Shown here in pieces: positions 36,807-36,877 of a stretch of 36,877 bases of DNA; positions within the stretch are counted from its first letter, which is position 1; the number at the start of each line of letters is the position of its first letter. The notes beneath the pieces are model-generated. The model saw only the letters and a program-made list of their open reading frames with translations. It did not search any database and was not told the origin of the DNA. The stretch covers positions 1-36,877 of the forward strand of contig MCFH01000122.1 of assembly GCA_002104945.1 (NCBI GenBank), given 5' to 3'. Both the position numbers and the translations under genes were made by a program. The DNA is from Piromyces finnis finn. Lineage: Eukaryota > Fungi > Neocallimastigomycota.

Positions 36807-36815
<9 letters not shown>

Positions 36816-36847
<32 letters not shown>

Positions 36848-36877
36848 GGCATCAAATATTTTAAACTTTATTATTAA
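36816..36877 (-). mobile_element. 3' terminus (poly(A) plus terminal 33 bp) of a second copy of the same LINE, truncated by the window edge
   Basis: A 29-nt T run, then aacggcatcaaatattttaaactttattattaa, identical to 31259-31291. Confidence 0.9.

Larger units (their letters stand above)
31218..36815 (-). mobile_element. Near full-length non-LTR retrotransposon (LINE): APE endonuclease, reverse transcriptase, CCHC knuckle, 3' UTR, poly(A)
   Basis: A 41-nt T run (31218-31258) is the poly(A) tail on the minus strand, followed by a 240-nt 3' UTR and the RT and EN ORFs. The 5' boundary is uncertain (between about 36100 and 36815), and no target-site duplication was found. Confidence 0.9.

Noticed and set aside
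36700-36815. HDV-like or hammerhead ribozyme at the LINE 5' junction
   Set aside because: Stems exist, but I could not place P3/L3/P1.1 or a CUGANGA...GAAA core by eye; kept only as a testable hypothesis.

Overview
Extremely AT-rich, intron-containing eukaryotic DNA. The composition, gene families and 39-aa ankyrin repeats point to an anaerobic gut fungus (Neocallimastigomycota); this is an inference. From left to right: (1) an intronless bestrophin/YneE-type channel gene on the minus strand that runs off the window; (2) a decayed PPDK_N + PEP-utiliser (rifampin-phosphotransferase/PEP-synthase-like) gene with frameshifts and a large internal deletion; (3) an intronless protein with 13 ankyrin repeats; (4) a roughly 19-exon minus-strand gene, missed by the ORF track, encoding 5 MATH domains + SH3 + a Pro/Gln-rich tail; (5) two tandem multi-exon paralogs encoding beta-helix/EGF/class-C-like 7TM receptors, which alternate between near-identical and diverged blocks; (6) a near-intact 5.6-kb non-LTR retrotransposon (APE-RT-CCHC, poly(A) tail, one in-frame stop) inserted antisense just behind the stop codon of the second receptor gene, followed head-to-tail by the 3' end of another copy. 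The most striking observation is that two old, decayed 3' ends of the same retrotransposon family are stacked at the equivalent position behind the first receptor paralog. This suggests recurrent, possibly targeted, insertion and stacking at these gene ends.
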